IMG/VR virus record: IMGVR_UViG_3300017917_003053
Span: 1 to 64,000 of that record
Source of the DNA: a virus
Length of the DNA stretch: 64,000 bases
Direction: 5' to 3' (one strand)
Shown here: piece after piece, positions 1 to 10,867 of the stretch
How positions within the stretch are numbered: the first letter of the stretch is position 1
Layout: each line of letters begins with the position of its first letter
Made by a program: the position numbers and the translations under genes
The notes under the pieces: generated by a model
Told to the model about the DNA's origin: nothing
Seen by the model: only the letters and a program-made list of their open reading frames with translations
Database searches by the model: none

Positions 1-7
1 AAAACAA

Positions 8-1667
8 ATGAGATTTTCACAAAAACGATTTGTTGATATTGGTCAGACTCTTTTTTTAAATTGGTTGCAGAAAATTTCTGCCCCACCTGATGTTACAGCG
101 GAAGATATGAGACAAGAGTTTAGCAAGGCTGCAAAACTGGCCTTTATGGCAGCAGAAGAATTTGCTTTAGTATTTGATGGTCAGGAGAAAAACAATGAAA
201 CTCTCTAAAGAAGAGATAGATAGTATCATAGTTAATGATATTATGATTGGTAATCATTTTAGGGCGGGATATTTAGAACTATATCCAGAACTATCTGAGG
301 ATATTGCTTTAGGAATCTCTTGTATTCAAGATTATAAGGATACTATTGATTGGGAGGATCAAGAAAAATATAACAGTATCAACACACGAATTCATAGACT
401 ATTACAATTTTACTACAAGATTTACGATTTAACTCATAGGACGAAAAATAAAAATGAAACTTAGAAAATTAATCATTACAGAAAAGATTGGCGAGATTGA
501 TTTTTGGTCTGATTTATGCGGATCTTTTGATCAAGTAATAGAAAATTTAAAAGTATGTAAAAATGTTTATAGTTCCAAGCATACCCTACAAGAAGGCGAA
601 GAAATTTATATAGACTATAATTCTACTTGGGATGAAGCAAGTTTAGATGTTATGCTTAAAAGATACGAAAATGATAAAGAATATGATAAGAGAGTAAAAA
701 AAGTACAAAAGGAAAAAAGTGTTAAGAAAAAGTTAAAAGAATCAGTAATAAACCAAGAACTTAAAGAGTATGAAAGGTTAAAAAAGAAATATGGATAAAA
801 TGAATCAATTAATAGCCTATTTATCGAATCAAATGGGCAAACCGGATTGTCCCATAATAATGGTTGATGATGTTACTGATTTTGGTATTGATGCTGTATG
901 GCAAAGGTGGGTAGAAATAAGATTCAATGATGGAACAACTCTGGAGTTGGTTGAAAAACCTGAGATGAAATGAAAGTTTATGCTATAGTTTGTGAATATG
1001 GTGCTGCGTCGATTTATGAGGGTGTAGAAATGGTTTGTAAAACTCGTAAGATCGCAGAGTCATACTATTTAAATGAGGATTTTATTGGTCGTCCTGTTCG
1101 TGTTGATGAGATGGTTGTTTGGGATAAAAAGTGGGAAAAGATTCCTAAAGCCCCTCAGTCCAGAAAGTCTGAAACAAGATTATCTAAGAAAAAGGCTAAG
1201 AAATGATAACCATACCTCGTTGGGAATATTATCTTCTTTATTTTATTGCGTTTATGCAATGTTTAAATTTTTTAGATAGATTATATGAATGGAGTATAAA
1301 ATGAAACTTGATATTGAAAGAAATGATTTGCTTCTTATTAGTGAAGCATTAGTTGTTTATCAGTCTGAGGTTGAGGATGATAAAACTGGCTATTATGGAT
1401 TTCCTTATTCAATAGAACGAATTCAAAAAGTATTAGACTACATAGAAAATGAATTGGATAATAATGATGAATAACTCCCATTCATTCAAAGCAGATTATT
1501 TTAACTTATTCATAAATAGTTATGATCCTGTTGATGGATTAAAGTATGAACATTCTATAATGCTTGCTCCTACAAAAAATCACGTTGTTAGTCCTCCTGT
1601 TACTAAAGACGAATTAAAGGCGTTAGCCGACTTTATTCTAAAGGTCGCTCTTGACAAGTGCCGATAA
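8..1667 (+). CDS. run of about 7 small hypothetical phage ORFs (8-208, 195-464, 454-798, 791-973, 970-1206, 1289-1474, about 1464-1667)
   Basis: Consecutive overlapping or abutting ORFs on one strand with ATGA-type junctions; no recognisable motifs. Confidence 0.7.
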
Positions 1668-1678
1668 GATGATATACT
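1651..1678 (+). promoter_or_regulatory. sigma70-type promoter with CCGATA spacer box
   Basis: TTGACA-agtgCCGATAagatga-TATACT, followed by SD AAGGAG and ATG at 1698. Confidence 0.85.
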
Positions 1679-1697
1679 TACGCCAAAGGAGACAAAT

Positions 1698-3095
1698 ATG
1701 ACCACAATGACAGAACAAGTGGCAAGTTATATCTATGACCATAATATAACTTTTGGAACTTATAACATTTTTGCTTGCTATGATAGCCTTGAAGATTATG
1801 ATGAGCGAAAAGTATCCTTTTATGATATTTATGAGAAGGATGGGTCTTGTGTAAATGAGGGCGATCCTCATTATACTTTTCCTTCTTGGCAAGAAATTTA
1901 TGAACTTTATTGGCTTCCATCTGTAAGAGAAGCATCCCAAACTTTCTCCAGAGATTTGAAAAAGGCTACAAATGAGGGACTTTAATACTGAACTTGATAT
2001 TGTGAGTGTTTTTATTAGAGATGCTCATAAATATGGTCTTGTACCAGAGGTTGTTCTTTTTGCTCTTATATATATGAAGGAGAATCCTGATAACAGTATT
2101 GAGGATGCTATGAATTATGGATTTTGGGAATGGATCAAGTAGCAGTTGACAACTGCCGATAAGTAGTGTATACTGGCAGCAGAACGAAGGAAACGAACTA
2201 TGGTATACTCATACAAAGGGTTAATGAGAGTTAATATGAACTATTACATTGAAAAGCATGATATGGAGATTATTCTTGACGCATTAGAGTTGCTTTACGA
2301 AAAAATGAAGCAAGAAAAAGATTATAGCAAGCATTACGCTATGCCATATTCTATTGAAGATGTTGATGGTCTTTTTCAGAGTTTTGATAACTCATTCAAG
2401 GAGGATTACGAATGATCTATCTTTATCTTAACGAAACAGAAAAATTAGCATCTATTGTGGCCGAACTTGTTAAACTGAATATGGGTGTTGTAGCCGAACT
2501 GCACGGTGATCGTTGGCATATTGAGGTAACTACATGAATACTGAATATTCTTTTAAAGATTTTGCTCACGAAGTTGCTGATTATATCGACGCCGAATATG
2601 ATGGTGCTGATATGATTAATCTTAATGATGATGAAAGAATGACTATTAAGAATATGCTGGATGCTCATTATCATTTTAATGATAGCGTGAGTAATGCTGC
2701 TAACTATGTTATTCGTTATCTTAGAGAAAGTAGGGCTTGGATTAAGGAAAACACGAATGAATCTGTTGACTGAAACTAAAAAAGTTCTTAAAGCGTATGA
2801 TAAAAATCCATCTGATGTTAAGTGGATTGGTTCACTCTCTTATGGTTATTTCGATTGGGAATATTTTTCAAAGATTGCCAATATTGATTATGACGATGGT
2901 TTTGGCGGTCAAGAGGTTGCCTCTGATCTAAAAATTGTTGGAGACGATTGGTGGCTTGAAAGACACGAATATGATGGTAGCGAATGGTGGGAGTTTAAGT
3001 CTCTGCCAAACAAGCCCGATCAACTCAAATATCCAAAAACATTAGTTGGTAGTGGTTGGTCAAGTCTTGCAGAAATGAATGATGAACAACCTTGA
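1698..3095 (+). CDS. small hypothetical ORFs (1698-1985, 1972-2142, 2236-2415, 2412-2537, 2534-2773, 2757-3095)
   Basis: ORF track plus two ORFs under 60 aa read directly from the sequence; ATGA overlaps. Confidence 0.7.
2146..2174 (+). promoter_or_regulatory. sigma70-type promoter with CCGATA box
   Basis: TTGACA-actgCCGATAagtagtg-TATACT. Confidence 0.85.
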
Positions 3096-3119
3096 CAACT
3101 GCCGATACTATGGTATACT
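3092..3119 (+). promoter_or_regulatory. sigma70-type promoter with CCGATA box
   Basis: TTGACA-actgCCGATActatgg-TATACT. Confidence 0.85.
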
Positions 3120-3158
3120 GCATCCATGACCTTTAACCCTAACATTGGAGATAAAACC

Positions 3159-3752
3159 ATGACTGATCTTAATATTCCGGCCTATTCGCTTATTTCTTAT
3201 TATCGTGACAAGAAGAATAATCCTCATGGAGTTCTTGTGGCTATTCCATCTGAAAGTGATGATGGTTTTAATATTGGATTTGCCCAGTGTCGAAAGACTG
3301 ATAAGTTTAGCAAGAAGATGGGTCTAAATATTGCTCTTGGACGAGCAAAGGTTGAGAGTCTTGAGAGTTGGGATAATGCCCCACATAATCTGCGTAAGAT
3401 GCTTCCTAAGTTTATTAAGAGATGCGAATCTTATTACAAGATTAAGGCACATTGAAAATAAAGGACTAATCCAATGACCGTTCAACAACTGCGTAATATG
3501 GGCTATAAGGTAAAGGTTCTTCATAATCGTCTTTATAATGGCTATCATGCTTGGCAAAATGGAGCAAGAGAGTATCTTTACAATAATGGATATACTGTTG
3601 ATCCAGATAGCAAGGGTGGTTCCACTCAGATAATTATTGATTCTCCAACCGGAGAACATTTTCGTGGCCTTGCTATTTGTAACAAGAAGGATAATTATGA
3701 TAAGAAAATGGGCGTAAGAATTGCTCTTGGGCGAAGCGGAGTTAATGTTTGA
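3159..3752 (+). CDS. two paralogous small proteins (3159-3455, 3474-3752)
   Basis: Both contain CxKxDx(F/Y)xKKMGxxIALGR. Confidence 0.7.
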
Positions 3753-4017
3753 GATGGATAATATCTTTGACTATTTTACTGCGTATCAACTTCGTCAAAT
3801 TTTTCAGCAAAAACATTGGCCTGAAGAATTTAAGGACGCTATGCACCAAGAAATAGCATACGAACTTTTAGATAGTTGGCTTGAAAGTGTTGACGAAGAA
3901 ACTTATAACGAAAGAATTCGTGGCATTATTGAGAATATGACTTATGGCTATGAGGATGATGATGGTAATGAGATGACTGATTTTGTTGTAAATGAGTCAA
4001 AATGAGTCAAGGCCGCA

Positions 4018-4046
4018 TTGACAAACGCCGATAACAGTGGTATACT
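4018..4046 (+). promoter_or_regulatory. sigma70-type promoter with CCGATA box
   Basis: TTGACA-aacgCCGATAacagtgg-TATACT; SD GGAGG before ATG 4069. Confidence 0.85.
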
Positions 4047-4269
4047 ACGTTCAACAACGGAGGAACTGATGAATTGGGTTTTTATTGTTTGTCGTGACAA
4101 CAGTATTGAACAGGTCAAGATTTTTAAGGATTTTTGGGAAGGTGCTAAGTTTACAGACTCTTTCCTTAGTCATATTAATCCTCACTTGAAGAATTTTCCT
4201 GCTTATAATCGCAATGAGAATTATAAGGATGGGAATTTGACTGTGGGACTCTATCGTGAGGGTGCGTAA

Positions 4270-4665
4270 TTGACTGGTTTAAATATCCAGTATCCTTGGT
4301 CTAATCTTTTAATTGATGGACTCAAAAGCGTAGAGACACGATCATATAGTTTACCATCAAAGTATGAAGGCGTTGAATTATATTTGGTCGAAACTCCTGG
4401 CAAACTTGGAAAATTTAAGGCCAGAGTTATTGGTACTATTACCTTTAGCCATAGTTTTAAATATCCAACTAAAACTGATTGGATTAATGACTATAATAGG
4501 CATCTGGTATCACAAGATGATCCACTTTATAGTTGGAACGATAAGCCAAAATACGGATGGGTAGTTTGTTCTGTCAAGAAATTTGACGAGCCTCTTGACA
4601 TTGTTGGCAAGCGAGGTATAATTTTTACTAGCGATCTGCGTACCATAAGGAGCGTATATGTCTGA
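4270..4665 (+). CDS. ASCH/PUA-like domain protein
   Basis: N-terminal LNIQYPWSNLLIDGLKSVETRS matches the ASCH signature (LxIxQPW...GxKxxExR). Confidence 0.8.
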   Translation: MTGLNIQYPWSNLLIDGLKSVETRSYSLPSKYEGVELYLVETPGKLGKFKARVIGTITFSHSFKYPTKTDWINDYNRHLVSQDDPLYSWNDKPKYGWVVCSVKKFDEPLDIVGKRGIIFTSDLRTIRSVYV

Positions 4666-7600
4666 TATTGATTACAAGTCTGCTGCTGCTGAATGTGCCA
4701 GATACATTTTTGATAGTGATTGTGAACAAATTAGTTATCAGGAATATATTGAGAATGGTAATGATCCACGCGATCATATTTTGTATCATGCTGCTTTTGT
4801 TTTGGGCGAATACAAAGAAGAATTTGATAATGATATTAGACTTTATTTGAATGAAATTTCTACTGGAGAATATAATCATGGGAATGGGTAGTTTTGCTGT
4901 TGGGTCTTTTGTGATCGAATATAAGGATCTAAAAAAGATTTGTCCAGATGAAATTAAGGCTATTGAGAAAGAGAAAAATTTTAAGGAAATTGGTTGGGGA
5001 AATATTGGACGATGGCTTGCTTGGGATGATCCAGATAATATTACCTGTATATTTGACGATGAAGTTGCAGAAGAACTTTTGCAAACTTACGATAAACTAA
5101 TTACTAATCTTAAAAACACTTTCAATAAAAAGACCAAACTAACTCTGTACTTTGATAGTTATGATGAAGAAGGTGGAGATAGATATGATAATCCCGGCGA
5201 TAAGGATGGTTGTATTTTCTGTGTAGAAGGAATGGTTCAACTGACTCCTGCTGGCGAGAAGTTTAAGGACATTATTACTGAAAGAAAATGGACCCAATTT
5301 GGGTGAAATATGGACAATCAACAAGAAAACAAATCTTGGGATACTCTTTATAATGAATATCCCGAAATGTTTAGTAATCGTAACAAGTCTCCGCGAGAAT
5401 CTTGCATGGCTTGGGGATGCGAGATAGGAATGGGTTGGTATGATATTCTGGATGCTATTTGTTGGAAAATTAAACAGCATGAGGAAAATATCGCTTGGGA
5501 TACAGAGTTCAAGCAAAAAAGTAATCCAGATTACAAGAGCGACTATGTTCCTGTCAAGTTTGACCAAATTAAAGAAAAGTTTGGTGGACTTAGGATTTAC
5601 TATTCTGGTGGAGATGATTGTGTTAATGGTATGGTTGCTATGGCTGCGACGATGAGTTATAAGATTTGTGAAAGTTGTGGAGAAAGAGGCGAACCTAATA
5701 AGAATGGATGGATTGTTACTCTTTGCGACAAATGTAGGAACAAAACTTATGACCAAACTCCACTCAATAATGGTGGATGATAAAGTTATTGAAGTCCATT
5801 ACAACAATAGTTTAAAAAACAAACCTTATCTAGTCAGAGTATTTGATTATGATAATTCTTATCCAAATGAATTTAGACTGAACGAAACTGAATTACAGGA
5901 CTTATACAAGATATTAAACTATAATGAGAACTTGGAAAACTAAAACCATTAAAACGGTTGATGATGTTCATTGTGACGCTTGTGGCAAAAGTACCACAAA
6001 CTATAATGATGTTGGGCCAGACTATGCAACCCTTGAAAGTTGCTGGGGATATGGTTCATCTAATGATGGAAGCAAGTTCAACATTGATCTTTGTGAAAGT
6101 TGCTTCTTTGAAGTATTAACTTTTCTCAAAGAAAAGCGACGAAAAGTATTAGGCCCATTCAAATATCCGTATGACAATGATCCTCTAGATGGCATAGAGT
6201 ATTTGTAATGGATAATTTCTCATATTTAACCGCCGCTAGTATCTTTGCTACTTATGTGGTGATAGATATGTTGTACGCTTGGTATATTATGAGCGTCAAC
6301 AAGAAACGAGCATTGACTGCGGCTTTCCTTACCGCTATAATTTACAGTCTGCTGGCTTTCGGAGTAGTATCATATAGTAAAAACATCTACTATTTAATTC
6401 CGTTAGCCTCTGGAGCATTTACTGGAACATATCTTATGGTAAGATTTAAGGAGTAATATGAAAGCCACATTTGAATTTGATCTGCCCGAAGATGAACACG
6501 AATATGATATAATGAACCAAGCATATAAAACGCACAGATTCCTTCAGCAATTTAGTGAAGAATTACGCACTTGGGAAAAATATGGACATGAATTTACAGA
6601 TGCACAGGATGCTGTATCTAAAATCAGAGAAGAATTTTACAAAATACTCAATAACTATCAAGTAAATCTGGATTTGTAAAATGACTTTAACTCAAGAAGA
6701 TATAAACGATATTAAATCTATCGTTGTTGAAATTCAACAGTTAGCAGTAGGGTTTGATTACCATGATAGTAAAGTTGCTGAGTTATGCTATCATGTTGAT
6801 ATGAGCATGAGAGCAATATTGGAAATAATTAATGGACCTAGTGGAAAGATAGAAAGAATGATATGAGTTGGTCATATAGAGTAATAAAAACAGTTACTAA
6901 AATTCCTCTTGGGGATATTGATACATCTTATGCTATTCACACAGTTTACTCTGATGAAAATGGAGACATTGTAAATATATCAGAACAACCAACATATCCT
7001 ATTGGTGACGATACTGAAAATCTAGTATGGCAATTACAAAGAATGATGGAGGCTTGTAAAAAACCCGTACTTGATTATAATACTGGAGAAGAAATATGAG
7101 CAACTATAAAATCTGCAAATTTGTTGATGGAAACGGATCAGAATGGTATCAGATAAAAAAGAAGGGCTGGTTATTTTGGAGTTATCTCTCAGGATATGAA
7201 TTTAGTCCATATGATTATCCTCCTTTAAGAAGAATATTCAAGTTTGAATCTGTGGAGAAAGCATCAGAATATATTAAAAATGATATAGAATACATGAAAG
7301 CAGGACAAATTAAGAAAGTAAACTGTTTTGATTATGATACAAATAGGTAATAGAGACATAAGCGATATTATTTCACTAATAGTATTAACAATAGCAATAT
7401 TTCTTTTTTCTCTAGTTTGTATAGATCGTTTCAGTTCTCTACATAAAAAGGATACAAAAAAACCCATCAAACCCAAACCAGTTGATAGACAAACAATAAC
7501 ATCAACAGAAATTACTGGGACTGCGGAAAGTATTCATCCTTGGGGACGCACAGAAGTTGTCCCCATGAAAAGCATAGAGTTAGAATATTTTGAATATTGC

Positions 7601-9463
7601 GATGAATGGGTTATGTATGGTGATGTTGTTCAGCCAGTTGGTCGCAAAGGTTATTTTATGCCTGTAATGAGAGGCAATCTTAATCTTAATGTTAAAGACC
7701 TTACTCAAACATGGGTTGCACATGAGAAATATGAAAGTGGCCTAATAGAAAACCCAGAAACTTTTGAGGATTTTAGAGTAGCAGATATTAGAGTAAAAGA
7801 AGGAAAAATTATTGATATAAACTACTTTCATTATAGATTATTACCAGACCATACATGGAATATAATAGCATCATGGAAAGCAATAGTTAATCCAGAAAAA
7901 ATAAAGGAACCAAATGATGAACCTAACAACTGAACAAAAGTTTGCTATCCTTTGGTGTTTCAATAATGCCATGAAATATATGGAAACTGATGAATATGAT
8001 TCTGACAAAACGATGGTTGTAAATGGAGTCAATATTAATCAAACTATCACAGAATTACTCAAAGATAGATTATTTGTATGAGTTACTATCCCTGCCCAAA
8101 TTGTGAAGAACCAATAGGCGATCTAATTAGTTGGGAAAATCTTACAGACCAATATAATAGTTCAAAACAGTTGTATTGTCCGCATTGTAAAATTCCACTA
8201 AGATTAAACTATGATGAGGAATGGGATGGAGAGGAAGAATATTGTTATTGGAGTTTTGAAAGGAAAGAAATAATATGAATGCAAAAGACTTTGAAAAACT
8301 AATACAGATACGAAAACTTCTTAAAGAAGCATATGACCATTATTTTGAGTTCAGCGATGGATACTGTAAAATTAGTGAAGGACATATTGGTTTAGATTTT
8401 GGAGACTACTGGAAAGACAAAGATTGTGAATGTAAAATTACCGGAGTTGAAATATACTCCTATGTTCTAGGGCCGTCCAGAAGCCACTATTTTGATAATC
8501 TGGACGAAGCACTAGAAGCAGTAAAAGAGTGGCACAGAAACGAAATGGCAGCATCCTATGATGAATACGGCGAACCACAAAAACAAGGATATTTGGAGAA
8601 TCCAGATGCAAATTGATATTAGCAAAAATGAAGCGTGGAAAATACTAGATGCGTTAGCCTCATATAAAAAAGACTACGCATTAAGTGGGGCTGTTGTTAA
8701 AACTATTGATAGTGCTATTAAGAAACTAAAGGATTTTATAGATGAAAATTAATAATAAAAAACATATATCTTTAACAGCAGAAGATGTTAAGGACTTACT
8801 AATTAAACAACTATATCACTCTCAGGGCATTAGTGGTATATTCAAAGTTGATTTTAAAATTGTAAAACAAGCAATTCCATCTCAATATCCACAAGACTCT
8901 AATTATATTAATATTTTTGATGGAGCAGAAATAACGGTGGACTTAAATGAAAAATGAATCTATAAATTTTCTGCTAATTATGATATCTTATTTTACTATA
9001 GGACTACTATTGTCACAAACTTATATCCAAAACCAGAGACTCAAAGTAATGAATGACTCTATTAATAGACTCATTATGATAGAAATTATTACAGAGGAAC
9101 AGTTCTCTATTCTTAGTGACAAAGTTCAACAATTAGAACGCAACAATAACAGAATTAGTCTAAAGTAAAGGTTGACAACCGCCGATAGTGTGTTATACTG
9201 GGTTTGTACGCTAACAGGAGACAAAAATGAATAGATTTGATCTAGAAGAAAAGATTAATCAGACCTATAATTTTGTAGATACTATTAACGATATTAGTTA
9301 TGGTGTTATGGAAGTGGGTATGACTAATGATGAAATTGTTAATGCTCTGGATGGATTAGCGGTTATGCTTAAACTTCATACTCAAAAACTATTCGATACT
9401 TTTACTCAGGTTCATCAACTTGATAATCATAAACCTAAATATGAAATAGATTTTCCGGGCTAA
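4658..9463 (+). CDS. array of about 18 small hypothetical ORFs, including small membrane (6208-6456) and Zn-finger-like (5310-5780, 5924-6208, 8078-8278) proteins
   Basis: ORF track; CxxC pairs; 5310-5780 carries the widespread phage motif QIKEKFGGLRxY...ICExCG. Confidence 0.65.
9172..9199 (+). promoter_or_regulatory. sigma70-type promoter with CCGATA box
   Basis: TTGACA-accgCCGATAgtgtgt-TATACT; SD AGGAG before ATG 9227. Confidence 0.85.
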
Positions 9464-9579
9464 TGAGTAAACCATTAACTAGAGAATTTTTGCTTAGTTG
9501 CGGTAAATGTTGTGGGCGAAGATGCGTAAATTGCCCATATATTCCGAAATACATAAAAGGAAATACAAAATCAAAATGA
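9463..9579 (+). CDS. 38-aa Cys-rich microprotein (DUF5522-like)
   Basis: MSKPLTREFLLSCGKCCGRRCVNCPYIPK...; CCGxxCxxCPY motif; fills the gap between neighbouring genes exactly. Confidence 0.65.
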   Translation: MSKPLTREFLLSCGKCCGRRCVNCPYIPKYIKGNTKSK

Positions 9580-10196
9580 GTATAACAATCATTGGAGATG
9601 TTCATGGTAAGTATGAGCGTTACCATAAAATTATTCGCCAAACTGAGCGTCATCCTTATACTATCCAAATTGGTGATTTCGGTTTTAAGTATGATACTTT
9701 GTCAAATGTTGATTCAACAAAGCATCTTATTTTACCCGGTAATCATGATAATTATGACACTTGCTATAATTACTCTCATTTCTTGGGCGACTATGGATAT
9801 ACAAGTCTCAATAAAATAGAGTTCTTTTATTATCGTGGTGCTTATAGTATTGATAGACAATATCGTACTATAGGCATTGATTGGTGGGAAAATGAACAAG
9901 TAGGTATTGAAGATTTTATGAAGGCAAGAGAATTTTACCGTGAGACTAAACCTGACATAATGATAACTCATGATTGTCCAACAGATATTGTTTCACAAAT
10001 GCTGAGTATGGATCAGAGAGTGATTGAAAATAATACTACATGGGCATTACAAGAGTTGTTTAATATCCATCAACCAAAGTTGTGGTTTTTTGGACACTGG
10101 CACAGGTCTAAAACTATCCAATATGGTAATACCAAGTTTATGTGTTTAGATGAGTTGGAAACATACCAGTTGACCAAAGAGGAACTGCTGGTATAA
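9576..10196 (+). CDS. calcineurin-like metallophosphoesterase
   Basis: GDVHG, GDFG, GNHD, THD and FGHWH motifs. Confidence 0.9.
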   Translation: MSITIIGDVHGKYERYHKIIRQTERHPYTIQIGDFGFKYDTLSNVDSTKHLILPGNHDNYDTCYNYSHFLGDYGYTSLNKIEFFYYRGAYSIDRQYRTIGIDWWENEQVGIEDFMKAREFYRETKPDIMITHDCPTDIVSQMLSMDQRVIENNTTWALQELFNIHQPKLWFFGHWHRSKTIQYGNTKFMCLDELETYQLTKEELLV

Positions 10197-10197
10197 T
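10170..10197 (+). promoter_or_regulatory. sigma70-type promoter (no CCGATA box)
   Basis: TTGACC-16 bp-TATAAT with extended -10 TG. Confidence 0.7.
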
Positions 10198-10505
10198 AAC
10201 AATGTTGATGCCGAAAGGTTGTGGTCGCGGGTATCCACTCAATCAACTTCCGTAGAGGTTTAAGCCCAATTTTCTGTATACATTGAAAACGAGGCTAACA
10301 ATACAATGAAAAATACAAAACAATATGACAAATTAAAACTCACAGTGGAAAAACTTTGTCTTGAAGCGATACAAAAGCAAAAGAAAAGAGAATCTACTGT
10401 AGGATATGGGTTAGACGATTACACGGAAGGCAGAATAGTAGGAGGTGCTGCGTTGGCACGAAAAATTATTAGGGAAATTAGGAATCAATTTTAAAGAGGT
10501 GATTT

Positions 10506-10801
10506 ATGAAAAGTGAACATTATTTTATTGTGGCAGCATTTGCTAGTTTCGTTTTTAGTGTTGGTCTTTGGTTCTTTGGCGATCCAGCAGTTGCTAAAGA
10601 TCAGGCTATTTTTGTGGGACTGTGGGTTCCAAGTATTCTTAGTCTAGGAAATTTGCTCAAATGAGCGACCTTACTATATTTATAGTTGGTCTAGTTGTAA
10701 CCCTTATCGCTGGTATGGGGGTTATAACTAGCCAAGTATTTGTTGCATATCAACGCAAACCAAAAAATTATGTTGTATCTGAGTCTATCCAAAATATTTG
10801 A
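10506..10801 (+). CDS. two small membrane proteins (10506-10664, 10661-10801)
   Basis: SD GAGGTG; hydrophobic ORFs MKSEHYFIVAAF...IFVGLWVPSILS and MSDLTIFIVGLVVTLIAG; ATGA overlap. Confidence 0.7.
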
Positions 10802-10867
10802 GGTTAGTCTTGGAATTATACTTGCAAGAACAATAATACATTTCTTGAAAAAAATTAATATACACAT

